This document shows positions 10,801 through 20,210 of a stretch of DNA of 64,000 bases, one piece after another. The stretch spans positions 365,725 to 429,724 of the forward strand of contig CALLIK010000004.1 of NCBI GenBank assembly GCA_938009235.1, read 5' to 3'. Within the stretch, counting starts at the first letter, position 1; each line of letters starts with the position of its first letter. The stretch is from an uncultured Caulobacterales bacterium (GTDB lineage Bacteria > Pseudomonadota > Alphaproteobacteria > Caulobacterales > Maricaulaceae). The notes below the pieces were generated by a model. That model was not told the origin of the DNA. It did not search any database and saw only the letters and a program-made list of their open reading frames with translations. A program made the position numbers and the translations under genes.

Positions 10801-12843
10801 TTCACCCTCTGCATCAAGTGCTAGGAGTTCAATCTCAGCGGGTTTCAAACGAGACGCGCGTTCTCCAAATCGAGACTTAAAGCCTACATAGGTGTCTTGT
10901 CCGCGAATGGGGATGAAGATATTTTCTCTAACATATCGTCCGCCTGGTTCCGCGACGCCCGCAATGAATGATGCGCGCAATGGGTGAGAGGATTCTGCGT
11001 CGGATGCAGACAGCTTCACTTTGACAACGGCTTTACCCTCGTCATCTGTTTGCGGAACTTTCAGATCAATAACACGCTCACGGAAATCTTCTTTACTGTC
11101 ACCGAAGTCAAACTCTGCAAAGTCTTTGAACGGATTTGGATCTCTTTGAATTCTAAATTCAGATTCTGTCTCAAGGTTTGACCCTGGCGCGCCATAGTAA
11201 AACTGCGCATCAAGTGTAATTTCGCGCACTTCATCAGGGTGTAGAGTCGCTTGCTCTTCGGGACTAAGTGATAGCTTTAGTCTCTGCGGAACAAAGTCCT
11301 CCACCGAAATCGTTTCGTTGATTTTGGCATCTGTACCTTCAACAGACAGTTCAATGTCCCATTTACCGCGCGCGGCTTGAGATGGCAGATCAATGGATGT
11401 CACATATCCACCTGCATCCTCATCATCGAGCAAACGCGTTAGCTCTTCTACGCCGTCAGGTCGTAAAAGCTTTAGCGACAAGACACGGCCCTCTATCGCA
11501 TGTGCATAGGAATCGCGGAGCAACGCGGTTAAGTGAACGGTCTGCCCAGGGCGATAAATACCACGGTCAGTAAATGCATAGAGGTCGTAAGGCCCCGTAA
11601 CATCACGGCCCTGAACATCCATCACGGAGAGGTCGAGCGGAGCGCGTGACAGATCAAGCACAGCATAATCACCGTCTTCCCCATAAGCCATAATCATACG
11701 CGGTTTGAGCGGGCCAACACCTTCTAAGATCGCATTTTCAAAAACGGCGCGCCCTTGGCCATCTGTAATGACTTCTGCCAATTGTTCATTGTTACTGGCG
11801 ACAAGGTCCAATCGCACGCCAGATTTTAAGCGAGCATCTTTAATAGAGCGCACAGCCACATGAAGCGCGTCTGTTCCGCGATAACTCGACAGCGCAAGGT
11901 CGGTTGAAATAAGCCAGCGAATAGCTTGGGCGCTGCGGCGACGGGAGGTCCCTTCGACGACATGCTCAGCAATAAGAATATAAGCGCCGGGCCCCTGCTC
12001 CGTTATCTTGTCTTGTAAATCAAATGGCGTTTCGACGATGGCGTTGCGGTTTTCTAACACGTCGAGATCACCTGACCAGACTTCAACACGACTAGAACTG
12101 GCCTCATATGTACGTATATATTGACCGGCCGTACCGCCTTCGCCCTTGTTCGGCGAGTGTTGAGACAGAATTCGGTCGTTAACGCGAAACAATTTCAAGG
12201 AAAGTTGATCGACATTCACAGTCTTTAAAACAACCCGCGCGCCTTTTGTTTCAGGGAGAATAATACCTTCGCCTGAAAACCCGACAAAGGCAGGCTTATC
12301 TTCGAAGGTAAATATGACACGTTTGTTTGTCTGTAATGCGTTGCCCTCGTCAGACACGAGTCCTTTAAGGACGTCGGCACTGTAGCTTTGCCCATAGGCT
12401 AAACCCAAAATGCAAATTTTATTGGCCTTAGCATCAAGAGAGAATGGCGTCTTAGGCGTAATTCGGATGAAGGGTTTAAGTTGGGACTCTCTCGTCTCGA
12501 CGAAATCTGAATCAAAAGACAAACAGGCCTGTACGTCCCCATTCTGATCTTGAGTTTCCATTGAGAGGTAATGTAATGGATCGATAGTTGGTTCTTTGGG
12601 GGTTGGGTCGACAACGTCCACGATTGGAGGTTCAACACGCCTTGGAGCCTGCGGCATTCGTGAATCCTTAGATATTTTAGGTATCGCCGCGATAGGGTCG
12701 TCAATGACCACATCTACGAGTTGGGAACGCGCTGTAGTGTTATCACGAGCATTATGCGCGTCTGGAAATAGATGATACCCGACGACCCCCGCAAATATAA
12801 AGAGAAGAGCGCCCGCTAAAAACTTCACTACAGATATGTTCAT
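7891..12843 (-). CDS. Bacterial alpha-2-macroglobulin (YfhM family)
   Basis: 1650 aa; TDRGIYRPG, VEDFVP, AAVDEGIL, LPDFNGELR, thioester motif YPYGCTEQ, VEDMYRP; paired with pbpC. Confidence 0.95.
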   Translation of the reverse strand: MNISVVKFLAGALLFIFAGVVGYHLFPDAHNARDNTTARSQLVDVVIDDPIAAIPKISKDSRMPQAPRRVEPPIVDVVDPTPKEPTIDPLHYLSMETQDQNGDVQACLSFDSDFVETRESQLKPFIRITPKTPFSLDAKANKICILGLAYGQSYSADVLKGLVSDEGNALQTNKRVIFTFEDKPAFVGFSGEGIILPETKGARVVLKTVNVDQLSLKLFRVNDRILSQHSPNKGEGGTAGQYIRTYEASSSRVEVWSGDLDVLENRNAIVETPFDLQDKITEQGPGAYILIAEHVVEGTSRRRSAQAIRWLISTDLALSSYRGTDALHVAVRSIKDARLKSGVRLDLVASNNEQLAEVITDGQGRAVFENAILEGVGPLKPRMIMAYGEDGDYAVLDLSRAPLDLSVMDVQGRDVTGPYDLYAFTDRGIYRPGQTVHLTALLRDSYAHAIEGRVLSLKLLRPDGVEELTRLLDDEDAGGYVTSIDLPSQAARGKWDIELSVEGTDAKINETISVEDFVPQRLKLSLSPEEQATLHPDEVREITLDAQFYYGAPGSNLETESEFRIQRDPNPFKDFAEFDFGDSKEDFRERVIDLKVPQTDDEGKAVVKVKLSASDAESSHPLRASFIAGVAEPGGRYVRENIFIPIRGQDTYVGFKSRFGERASRLKPAEIELLALDAEGERISTQVTWTLNEERRDYNWYRARNRWQYRTQSTDTVVDRGEMAIGSEALSVWSRSLNWGRYRLDVKTSTGETASYRFGVGWSNWGDSDSDAPDRILVGATDLPTKPGGAVTLNLSAPYAGRGDIVIADHTVRSIRTVDVPEGASSVRIPYDPSWGHDVYAMVTLYTPLDVEKRKGVKRAVGLTHIALDRSSQTLDLKIDTPDRVSPRTQVEVPIELSGVGAREKAWVSLAAVDEGILALTNFKSPDASDAFFSKKAFALDIRDDYSRILNPFLADGKTRSGGDGIGGAGLSVVPTKTVALFEGSVDVKNGRAVITLDLPDFNGELRLMATAWTKSSIGSASTSLKVRDAVPANLGLPRFLAPGDQAVSTFALDNIDGASGVYRTSIEGVGLLKTIESVFDLPPGTRDQTGVTLNADDVGIYNLKTSITGPKDYKVQSDYPIEVRSPYRPITNRTIKAIEPGESYTLKADLMDGYSVTGADIDLSVARLPGLSVAPYLASLNRYPYGCTEQTVSKAMPLVFVKSLGGFKGTSDKVLSTRIQDAIAKLSSRQDMTGEFGLWRQGDRALRPWLQLYVTEFFIEADRNGYDVNEQSMLSAINAAKILSRMENHSSLNLYFPNSDSQKKAEVARANRAAYAHYVVALAGEADTSGIRYLNKTFGDRISDPISLAYLGAALAKIGDEASAKAVFKRAADSLDVKTEHYNYYSSPERNAAALLAIGGNNLDAEVSEKILLGLAELEPSRTNTQEKSYIIRAMAQLSSGEGDVSVKTKNLSLEKGAANLLGTDIASKPSIENTGDARAYITIDVTSTPTQAPEAISSGFTVEKHLYTMKGKAISTEIKRGDRAIILVTAKSTYRSNRMVVLADLLPAGLEIETVLTPADTGSEGAYGFLGELSKFDMQEARDDRFIASGRRSRYDRKGNVFKAAYVVRAVTAGTFTFPGAVVEDMYRPARVGTSEYGQLEISPSGDF

Positions 12844-12952
12844 TTCGGACCCCGACCTTTTCTTCTGTAAACTGAATATAGATGATTCGTGTCTAGATTA
12901 GGGCTAATCTTTGGCTTTAAATCGTTTGCTTTATGGTGACCCAGTCAAGTTC

Positions 12953-12968
12953 ATAACAATAGGTTAAC
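12953..12968 (+). promoter_or_regulatory. Possible CtrA box (ATAA-N7-TTAAC, one mismatch)
   Basis: ATAA CAATAGG TTAAC about 125 nt upstream of the 13092 gene; consensus TTAA-N7-TTAAC. Confidence 0.45.
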
Positions 12969-13091
12969 CTTTAATTTTCAGCTTTAGTTGACCCAGTTTC
13001 CTTACGTCGATGAAATACACCAATGTTAGCACAGTGGGGACCAGGTGGATGATCCTGATCAAAATGGGAAAAACTTTGGGAAATTAATAAA

Positions 13092-13958
13092 ATGTCTTTT
13101 AAAAAACTTGCTTTAACGGGCGGTGTTGCCGCTTCTTTGATGGCGTCTACGGCCTATGCATCCGTAATCGATCGTCCTTTCTTTCAAGTCTTAGGTGTCG
13201 TGGTCGTCTGGGGTGCAGATGACGCTGCATCTGCAGCACCTGTCGTCTCCGATTTCGTCTTACTGACCCCCGCATCTGGCAGCGCTGGCGCAGACCTTAT
13301 TGCAGGTAATGTAAGCACTGTTATTACAGGGTCTTTGACACCTGTTGCAGGCGGCTCAACTGCGGCCACATCAACGATTGACCCTATTACAGGCGAAACA
13401 AGCACAGCGACTTACGCAGACGCAGCGGGTGCTGGTGCAGGACTTCTTGATGCAACAGATACATTGTCTGCTTTCGGTATTGATGGAAATACAGATGTAC
13501 AAGCTTTGACAGCTTCACACACAAGCAGCTTCTTTGTCGCATCTAACGCTGCATTCGACATCTACGCTGTTGCTGGAAACCTAACTAAGACGGGTGACTT
13601 CTCTGCGGACGCAGACATCGGTCTTGAAGACATTACACTGTCTATGTCGCTACAAGCTGGTGCAGCTCAAACTGTCGGTACGCTAAATTATGGCGCTAAC
13701 TCACAGGTACCAGGTACATTTGATAATGGCCTCGATGTTGGTGAAACACTCGATAACCTAACGACGGCTGTTGCTGGCGCAAATGGCTTGAAAGTCTTTG
13801 ATGGTACGCAGCGTACTGCGGCTACTCCAGGGTCGTTGGCTGACCAGTCTGTTCGTTTCGACAACGTCTACGACTTCGGTGGACCAAACGGGTATGACCT
13901 TTCAATGGGTTCAGGTACAATTTCTGCCGACGTAACTTACACAATCTTCGTCCCATAG
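13092..13958 (+). CDS. Secreted protein of unknown family; candidate major fibre/pilin-like subunit
   Basis: Signal peptide ending AYA; A/G/T/S/D-rich and Cys-free; C-terminal alternating strand ADVTYTIFVP; clear paralogy with 21123-21968; own terminator. Confidence 0.6.
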   Translation: MSFKKLALTGGVAASLMASTAYASVIDRPFFQVLGVVVVWGADDAASAAPVVSDFVLLTPASGSAGADLIAGNVSTVITGSLTPVAGGSTAATSTIDPITGETSTATYADAAGAGAGLLDATDTLSAFGIDGNTDVQALTASHTSSFFVASNAAFDIYAVAGNLTKTGDFSADADIGLEDITLSMSLQAGAAQTVGTLNYGANSQVPGTFDNGLDVGETLDNLTTAVAGANGLKVFDGTQRTAATPGSLADQSVRFDNVYDFGGPNGYDLSMGSGTISADVTYTIFVP

Positions 13959-14015
13959 GCGACGAATAGACTTCATATAGACAAGCGTTTTCACGCACGC
14001 TTTGTTTCAATGATT

Positions 14016-14041
14016 GGCCGCTCCCTCGGGAGTGGCCTTTT
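14016..14041 (+). terminator. Rho-independent terminator of the 13092 gene
   Basis: GGCCGCTCC-CTCG-GGAGTGGCC followed by TTTT. Confidence 0.8.
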
Positions 14042-14050
14042 CTTTGCGTC

Positions 14051-14419
14051 CTATTCAGACCGTAAACGTCGCATATCGTCTTTATACTCCCATCGGATGA
14101 TTTCATCCAAAACGAGTGAGATACGGTATTCTAGTTTTTCGACGGCCACTTCACGTGCGCCTGGACGGCAATCATCACCAATCAGTGTTTCAGCGCCATC
14201 GCATAAAGTCGCAAGTTCCATTGCCCCTACGGCTCTGGCGGACCCTTTCAGGGAATGCGCGACACTTGACCAAACCACATCATCCGAATCCGCGCGCAGC
14301 CCACGGCCCCACATTTCAACTTGGTTCCTAAATAGGCCAAAGACTTCCCGAGTAAGATCGGGATCCCCGTCTACATATTGGTTCAAATGGTCGAAATCAA
14401 TTTCAGGTGAATCAGTCAT
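14051..14419 (-). CDS. shpA: Stand-alone Hpt phosphotransfer protein, ShpA-like
   Basis: AHSLKGSARAVGA Hpt motif; N-terminal IDFDHLNQYVDGDPDLTREVFGLFRNQVEMW resembles Caulobacter ShpA as I recall it. Confidence 0.7.
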   Translation of the reverse strand: MTDSPEIDFDHLNQYVDGDPDLTREVFGLFRNQVEMWGRGLRADSDDVVWSSVAHSLKGSARAVGAMELATLCDGAETLIGDDCRPGAREVAVEKLEYRISLVLDEIIRWEYKDDMRRLRSE

Positions 14420-14464
14420 TACTGTAGATACTAGACATCCGCGACGCATATGTTAGCGGTTTTT

Positions 14465-15628
14465 ATGGATTATTTTTCTCAGACAAATATTGGCGAATCA
14501 CGGTGGTGGTCATGGGTCGGAGTGACGTGGTTGGCATTTGTCGGATGGGTAATTTTTCAAACTATCTTACTGTTTCCATTTCCAATCATCGCAAATTTTA
14601 CAGATCCGCCTTTATTTGAAAGTCTAATGCAGGCTTTTACTGAGTCTGCTGCAACTGAAACATCGCCGGAACTCGGAATTTATTCGTTATTATTCGGCTT
14701 GTCTGCAACGCTAGCTGCTATGGTCGGTTTAGCACTTAACGGTAGAGCCAGAGTCATGACTATGATGTTCACACTCATGGCTATCGTCGGTTTTATCATT
14801 ACATCACGACTGGCATCACAAGGGTCTGAAAGTTCGTTGATAATGGATGTTATTGGCCAAATTATGGGCGCATCACCTCTAGCCTTCGGACTTTTCCTGC
14901 TGACCTTTCCAACGGGATTGATTGTTCTCTATGTCTGCCAGAAACACGTACATAAGCGCACGATCACCTCGCTTCATACAGCCGCGAGTAGCTTTAGGTT
15001 ACCTCGGGTTTTCGAAGGCTTCCTTTTGACATGGTTGGTTCTCGGTGTCTTTACATTCGTAGCGAATGCACTTGGCATCATTGAGGTAAAGTATATTTTC
15101 GCGGGTGGGACGTTCTGGATTTACGCCCTCGTCTCCCTTCTCTTCATTCCACTTCAATCAGCAACAGAAGAAATCGTGTTTCGCGGTTACTTCAACCAAG
15201 GCCTTACACATGTATTAAAAAACAAGTGGTTAGCGTTCGCGATTACGTCACTAGCTTTCATGGCCTTGCATCTTTCAAACCCTGAAGCCCTCCAAGGCTC
15301 AGCCTCTGGTACACTACCTATCGTGATGAGCGGCTATTTCTTCTTTGGCTTTGCGATGTGTTTGATTGTCTGGCTTGACGATGGCTTAGAGACTGCAATC
15401 GGAATCCACGCGGGTAATAACTGTTTTGCTGCGATTATCATGAATTATGAAAATTCAGTCCTGCCAACGCCTTCAGTTTTCTTGACGGGTACCGACCCGG
15501 TCAAAGACTCTATATCAACGGTTCTCGTACTCGGAACCCTCGTTGCGGTTATATGGTGGCGTCGCGGCGGGCCAAAACGTGACGACCCTGACTTGTCAAA
15601 CGACAAACCATCCATTGCGGACGCATAG
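14465..15628 (+). CDS. CPBP (CAAX/Abi) family intramembrane metalloprotease
   Basis: EEIVFRGY, FMALH and HAGNN motifs; multiple TM segments. Confidence 0.85.
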   Translation: MDYFSQTNIGESRWWSWVGVTWLAFVGWVIFQTILLFPFPIIANFTDPPLFESLMQAFTESAATETSPELGIYSLLFGLSATLAAMVGLALNGRARVMTMMFTLMAIVGFIITSRLASQGSESSLIMDVIGQIMGASPLAFGLFLLTFPTGLIVLYVCQKHVHKRTITSLHTAASSFRLPRVFEGFLLTWLVLGVFTFVANALGIIEVKYIFAGGTFWIYALVSLLFIPLQSATEEIVFRGYFNQGLTHVLKNKWLAFAITSLAFMALHLSNPEALQGSASGTLPIVMSGYFFFGFAMCLIVWLDDGLETAIGIHAGNNCFAAIIMNYENSVLPTPSVFLTGTDPVKDSISTVLVLGTLVAVIWWRRGGPKRDDPDLSNDKPSIADA

Positions 15629-15818
15629 GGCTTGAAAACCACGGTTCGGCAAGACCTTTTTCGATTGCAGACTTTACAATATTGGGATCAATGGGTTCAC
15701 CAAATTGATCAAATAACGCCAATCGACTGTCAGCTCGATTAAGGCCTCCTGACAGCCACGCATTTAGTTCCGCATCTGAAAAACGTGCAGCCGCACGCGA
15801 TCGATTGATCGTTACCAT
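15549..15818 (-). CDS. Small conserved alphaproteobacterial hypothetical protein
   Basis: WLSGGL...LALFDQFGE...GLAEPWFSSPMRPQWMVCRLT pattern recalled from alphaproteobacterial hypotheticals; ATG at 15818. Confidence 0.6.
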   Translation of the reverse strand: MVTINRSRAAARFSDAELNAWLSGGLNRADSRLALFDQFGEPIDPNIVKSAIEKGLAEPWFSSPMRPQWMVCRLTSQGRHVLARRDATI

Positions 15819-15946
15819 TATAAAACCCAGCCCATTCACATTGCCGGAGACAATAAAAAATACGATCTTCGCCGCTTTCCCCGTACACAAGGCTCTGATA
15901 GGGCAAAGTATGAAATATCCCGTTAAACGAAAACATTTTAACGAGG

Positions 15947-17986
15947 ATGCAGAGGATTGACGTGTCAGATATAACTAAGAAAATTTTCTCTATTGAACCG
16001 GTTGATGCGGTTAAAGATGTGGAACCTAAGAGCCCAGACATCATTAAACCGGTCAGTAGGCCATCTCTGAGATTGACGGCTGTTGCGCCGAAAGAGGATA
16101 TTGCCACCGAGAAAGTTCCCGATTTTGTGACGCGAGAGGAGATCAAGCCCTTAACCCGGTCACCCGCTCCTGTTTGGGAAGAGGCTGAAACCAGGTCTAA
16201 AGGTTGGGTTTTTTGGTCAATTATAGGATTCAGTATCCTATACATCGCAGCAATTGGTTTGTTTTTTGGCATGCCCTTACTAAATATTGCGCCAAATTTA
16301 CTTACAATAACGGGCCTTGTTCTCCTGCTGATCCTACCCATTGTGCTCCTAATAGTGCTGGGCACAGCCCTTCGAAACCTAGGTCGGCTAAGTCAACAGA
16401 CCCTAAGGTACGCACAAGCTGCAGAAATTCTTGTCACACCAGAAACAGAGGCGCTAGGACGCGCGACAACACTGGCAGGAGCGATCCAAACTGAAATTTC
16501 AAAATTCAATCAACAACTCGAAACGACTGTAGGCGCCTTAAAAAAGGTTGAAACCTCTGTCTCTCTTGAGAGCCAAGCTCTCGACGCTGCGGGGTTGCAA
16601 CTATCTAGTCGCTCCGAAGATGTAGGACGCAACCTAACTTTACAAAGACAAGCCCTCGAAAGCATATCTGGGACATTTGATGCCCGCATGGGAACATTAT
16701 CAGCTCAAATTACTGAGACGAGCAAAGAATTAGAAAATGTCTGCGTCGAAGCAGAAACCCGTCTGTCAAAGGCTGGCGGAAGCTTGATGGAAACAACCGC
16801 TCAAACTGAGACCCATATTACTGCAAGTACGAAACAAATTACTGAGGAAATTGCTGCATTAGGTGAAGTAAACAGCAAAATCGAAACAACTTCAGAGACC
16901 ATGAGTTCAGATTTAGTAAAATCAGCGGAAAAGCTTCAAAAGCTTCAAACAAAACTGGATGAGCGCGCAGAAGCACTAGAAATGCTAAGCACAGGTACAG
17001 TAAGTCAGATTACAAACCTTCAAACAACACTCGACCATGGCAATCAAATGCTGTCTGATTTTCAATCGGCGGCTGATCTAAGGGAGTCTGAAATGACACA
17101 CCTTTATGATCGCTTGTCTCTTCAACTTAAAAAATCTGAAGACGACACCCTTGCGTCTCAAGGACAAACCGCACGTGTCGTTGAGGCCAATCTTTCGCAA
17201 ATGCGTCGAGATTTTGGACAAATGGAAACGGACCTAAAAACCCTTCAGGTTAAGCTAAATAATCTTAGAGAACATGCGGACGAATTACCTGCGCCCGAAG
17301 TCAAACCTTCCCGGTTAAATCTTACTCCGTTATCGTCTGATTTCCCACCTGTAGAACCTCCCCGTCAAGCCGTTAAACGTGAGCCACTAGGTCTAAGGCA
17401 TACACCCTTCGACCTTGATGCTGATATGGAGCTTGAAATACCAGCTGACGAAATCGCTGACATTATTCCTGAGGTTAACCCAGACGTTATTTCACGGCCA
17501 GGACAACCGGTTTCGTCAAAAAAGGGATTTGGTCGCAGAAATGACAAAGAATCTAGCGGATGGAAGTGGCGCGATATGTTGGGCGGATTAGAGAAGCCAG
17601 GATCTGTCCCTGGAGCGGCAAACCTTACATCACCTCAGACTGCAGACTCTACATCAATCAATATAGTTGAACGCCTCAACGCCTTAAAGTTATCACCGTC
17701 AGCTTTTGTTGATGAAGGTACAGTCATTGACGCAACACAAGCTAGAATTAACGCGGGCGCGGCAGGTCTTGCTTCAGTCGTGGTCGAACGTTTGCCAGAT
17801 GCCGTTGCGCATCTGAAGGGCCACATGTCTGTGAACATGAGCCTCGCAAACGAGGTCAAACACTTCGCTGACAGTTTTGCCACTACAATCGCGAGCACCC
17901 CGCCTACAGCTCCAGCCCTGAGGGCGGCTTTAGGTTCACCTGACGGAAGAGCGTACCTTCTGTGTGAAGCCGCTCTAAAGGGGTAA
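15947..17986 (+). CDS. tipN: TipN-like polar landmark protein
   Basis: Two N-terminal TM helices, long coiled coil, WKWRDML motif and C-terminal GSPDGRAYLLCEAAL. Confidence 0.6.
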   Translation: MQRIDVSDITKKIFSIEPVDAVKDVEPKSPDIIKPVSRPSLRLTAVAPKEDIATEKVPDFVTREEIKPLTRSPAPVWEEAETRSKGWVFWSIIGFSILYIAAIGLFFGMPLLNIAPNLLTITGLVLLLILPIVLLIVLGTALRNLGRLSQQTLRYAQAAEILVTPETEALGRATTLAGAIQTEISKFNQQLETTVGALKKVETSVSLESQALDAAGLQLSSRSEDVGRNLTLQRQALESISGTFDARMGTLSAQITETSKELENVCVEAETRLSKAGGSLMETTAQTETHITASTKQITEEIAALGEVNSKIETTSETMSSDLVKSAEKLQKLQTKLDERAEALEMLSTGTVSQITNLQTTLDHGNQMLSDFQSAADLRESEMTHLYDRLSLQLKKSEDDTLASQGQTARVVEANLSQMRRDFGQMETDLKTLQVKLNNLREHADELPAPEVKPSRLNLTPLSSDFPPVEPPRQAVKREPLGLRHTPFDLDADMELEIPADEIADIIPEVNPDVISRPGQPVSSKKGFGRRNDKESSGWKWRDMLGGLEKPGSVPGAANLTSPQTADSTSINIVERLNALKLSPSAFVDEGTVIDATQARINAGAAGLASVVVERLPDAVAHLKGHMSVNMSLANEVKHFADSFATTIASTPPTAPALRAALGSPDGRAYLLCEAALKG

Positions 17987-18069
17987 AACACTGCCTCAAC
18001 TAAGCGGTAACACATCCCCTTCATCGCTATCGCCTTGCCCTTACTCAACTGTCGGCTTATGCCCGCGAC

Positions 18070-19113
18070 ATGACAGATACTGATGGCACATGGGAGACCC
18101 GCACAGCGGAAAATGGCGACGACGGACAGCGTTTAGATAAATGGCTGTCTAGCTGGACTGAATTGTCCCGTACGCGTATTCGCGCCCTCGTAGAAGGCGG
18201 ACACGTTCGAGCGAATGGAGACATCGTCCTCAAAGTCACGTCAAAAGTACGTCCTGAGATCGAATATGCCGTGCGCGTCCCGCCGCCTGTGGATGACACG
18301 CCTCTACCTGAAGACATTCCACTCGATATATTATTTGAAGATGACCACCTCATTGTCTTGAATAAACGATCTGGAATGACAGTTCATCCCGCTCCAGGCT
18401 CTCGCAATGCGACGCTTGTGAATGCATTGCTTTTTCATTGCGCAGATACCCTCTCGGGCATTGGCGGCGTTATGCGCCCCGGTATTGTGCATCGCCTAGA
18501 TAAAGACACCTCAGGCGTTATGATCGCCGCAAAATCAGACAAGGCACATCAAGGACTCTCAAAGCAATTCGCCAAACATTCCATCGACCGCATTTATACA
18601 TGCTTTGTCCGAGGCGTTCCTAAGCCTCGTTCAGGGCAAATCGCGTCTCGACTTGCGCGGTCTCCCAATGACAGAAAGAAACAGTCTGTTGTTCGCGGAA
18701 CATTTGACGACATTGATGCCTCAGAGGTTGGGCGCCATGCCGTCACCCATTATAAATTCATCAAAGGGTTCGGACAGGCTCAACATGCGAGCATTGGCAC
18801 CCCAAAAGTAAGTCAGCTGGATTGTCAGCTTGAGACGGGCCGAACGCATCAAATTCGCGTTCATCTAACACATATCGGCTGTCCTCTGCTAGGTGACCCG
18901 CTTTACGGCAAACAACGTGCCTATGCGTCATCAAATCATCCTGCTGAAGAAGCCGTAAGGATCGCCGTTGCAGCGTTCAAACGACAAGCTCTACATGCTC
19001 GACATCTTGGTTTCATACATCCTGTCACCAAGGAACATATGAGCTTTGACGCGCCCTTACCGCCTGACATGCAGCACCTCTTAGACGTGTTCACTGACCT
19101 ACCGATCACATAG
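18070..19113 (+). CDS. rluD: RluA/RluD-family 23S rRNA pseudouridine synthase
   Basis: S4 domain (RLDKWL), HRLDKDTSG, LETGRTHQIRVH; upstream of rpoH. Confidence 0.9.
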   Translation: MTDTDGTWETRTAENGDDGQRLDKWLSSWTELSRTRIRALVEGGHVRANGDIVLKVTSKVRPEIEYAVRVPPPVDDTPLPEDIPLDILFEDDHLIVLNKRSGMTVHPAPGSRNATLVNALLFHCADTLSGIGGVMRPGIVHRLDKDTSGVMIAAKSDKAHQGLSKQFAKHSIDRIYTCFVRGVPKPRSGQIASRLARSPNDRKKQSVVRGTFDDIDASEVGRHAVTHYKFIKGFGQAQHASIGTPKVSQLDCQLETGRTHQIRVHLTHIGCPLLGDPLYGKQRAYASSNHPAEEAVRIAVAAFKRQALHARHLGFIHPVTKEHMSFDAPLPPDMQHLLDVFTDLPIT

Positions 19114-19139
19114 TTGTTAAAAAGAGTTCAGACCCAAAC

Positions 19140-19168
19140 CTTTTAAACCTGTTATATATTCCCCATAT
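19140..19168 (+). promoter_or_regulatory. Probable sigma32-type promoter of rpoH
   Basis: CTTTTAAA-N13-CCCCATAT versus consensus CTTGAAA-N13/15-CCCCATNT. Confidence 0.55.
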
Positions 19169-19193
19169 TAGTCCGCTGAGGGAGCTTTTTCTA

Positions 19194-20150
19194 ATGACCA
19201 AAACTAAAAACAAGACGCTGACAACAAAGACATCAGCAAGAGATGCCACTTACACTGGTAATATGAAGTTGTCCGTGGCGCTCTCTCCAGAACAAGGCCT
19301 GAACTCCTACCTTCAAGAAATCCGCAAATTCCCAATGTTGGAAAAAAACGAAGAATTCCGCCTCGCGAAACGTTGGGTCGAAGATGGTGATACAGCTGCA
19401 GCAGAGAAAATGGTGACATCACATCTGCGCCTCGTCGCTAAAATCGCGATGGGCTACCGCGGATATGGCCTTCCCATTGGCGAAGTCATTTCCGAAGGTA
19501 ACGTTGGCCTCATGCAAGCCGTCAAGAAATTTGACCCTGATAAGGGCTTCCGCGTTTCGACATATGCAATGTGGTGGATTCGTGCCGCTATCCAAGAATA
19601 TGTTCTACGCTCTTGGTCCCTCGTCAAAATGGGGACAACTGCGGCTCAGAAAAAACTCTTTTTCAACCTACGCCGAATGAAGGGCGAAATGAAAGCCTTA
19701 GAAGAAGGCGACCTCCGTCCAGAACATCTAACAAAAATCGCGACAGATCTTGGCGTGAAGGAATCGGAAGTCACATCCATGAATCGGCGCATGTCTGGCG
19801 GCGGCGATAGCTCCCTCAATGTGACCATCGGCGGCGATGATGGATCCGCGCAATGGCAAGATTGGTTGACGGACGAGTCTGAATCTCAAGAGGAAACCCT
19901 CGGGCACAGCCAAGAGCATGAGGCACGCATGGCCCTCCTTCAGGATGCTATGTCAGATCTTAACGAGCGTGAACGAGACATCATTTCAAAGCGCCGTTTA
20001 GCTGAGAAGCCAATGACACTAGAAGACTTAGCTAAAATCTACAAAGTTTCACGAGAGCGTATCCGCCAGATCGACGCGCGTGCCTTTGAGAAACTCCAAG
20101 CCGCTATGGTCGCTGCTGCAGCAGCTGGCCCGGGATTGTTAGAAAACTAG
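19194..20150 (+). CDS. rpoH: RNA polymerase sigma factor RpoH
   Basis: RpoH box QKKLFFNLR, HLRLVAKIAMGYRGYG, SRERIRQI. Confidence 0.96.
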   Translation: MTKTKNKTLTTKTSARDATYTGNMKLSVALSPEQGLNSYLQEIRKFPMLEKNEEFRLAKRWVEDGDTAAAEKMVTSHLRLVAKIAMGYRGYGLPIGEVISEGNVGLMQAVKKFDPDKGFRVSTYAMWWIRAAIQEYVLRSWSLVKMGTTAAQKKLFFNLRRMKGEMKALEEGDLRPEHLTKIATDLGVKESEVTSMNRRMSGGGDSSLNVTIGGDDGSAQWQDWLTDESESQEETLGHSQEHEARMALLQDAMSDLNERERDIISKRRLAEKPMTLEDLAKIYKVSRERIRQIDARAFEKLQAAMVAAAAAGPGLLEN

Positions 20151-20185
20151 ACCTTACACTGCACGTAATGGCCACACAGGCCATG

Positions 20186-20210
20186 ACAATTTAATGCGTG
20201 ATTAAATTGT
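20186..20210. promoter_or_regulatory. Perfect inverted repeat containing a CtrA-type box
   Basis: ACAATTTAAT-GCGTG-ATTAAATTGT contains TTAA-N7-TTAA at 20191-20205; additional TTAACC at 20232-20237. Confidence 0.6.

Noticed and set aside
14010..14456. 148-aa plus-strand ORF
   Set aside because: Antisense to the Hpt gene and runs through a terminator
14465..15628. Abi-labelled protease as an abortive infection system
   Set aside because: Motifs are those of CPBP intramembrane proteases; no defence context
15739..16365. 208-aa minus-strand ORF
   Set aside because: Antisense shadow of the tipN-like gene with no recognisable motifs
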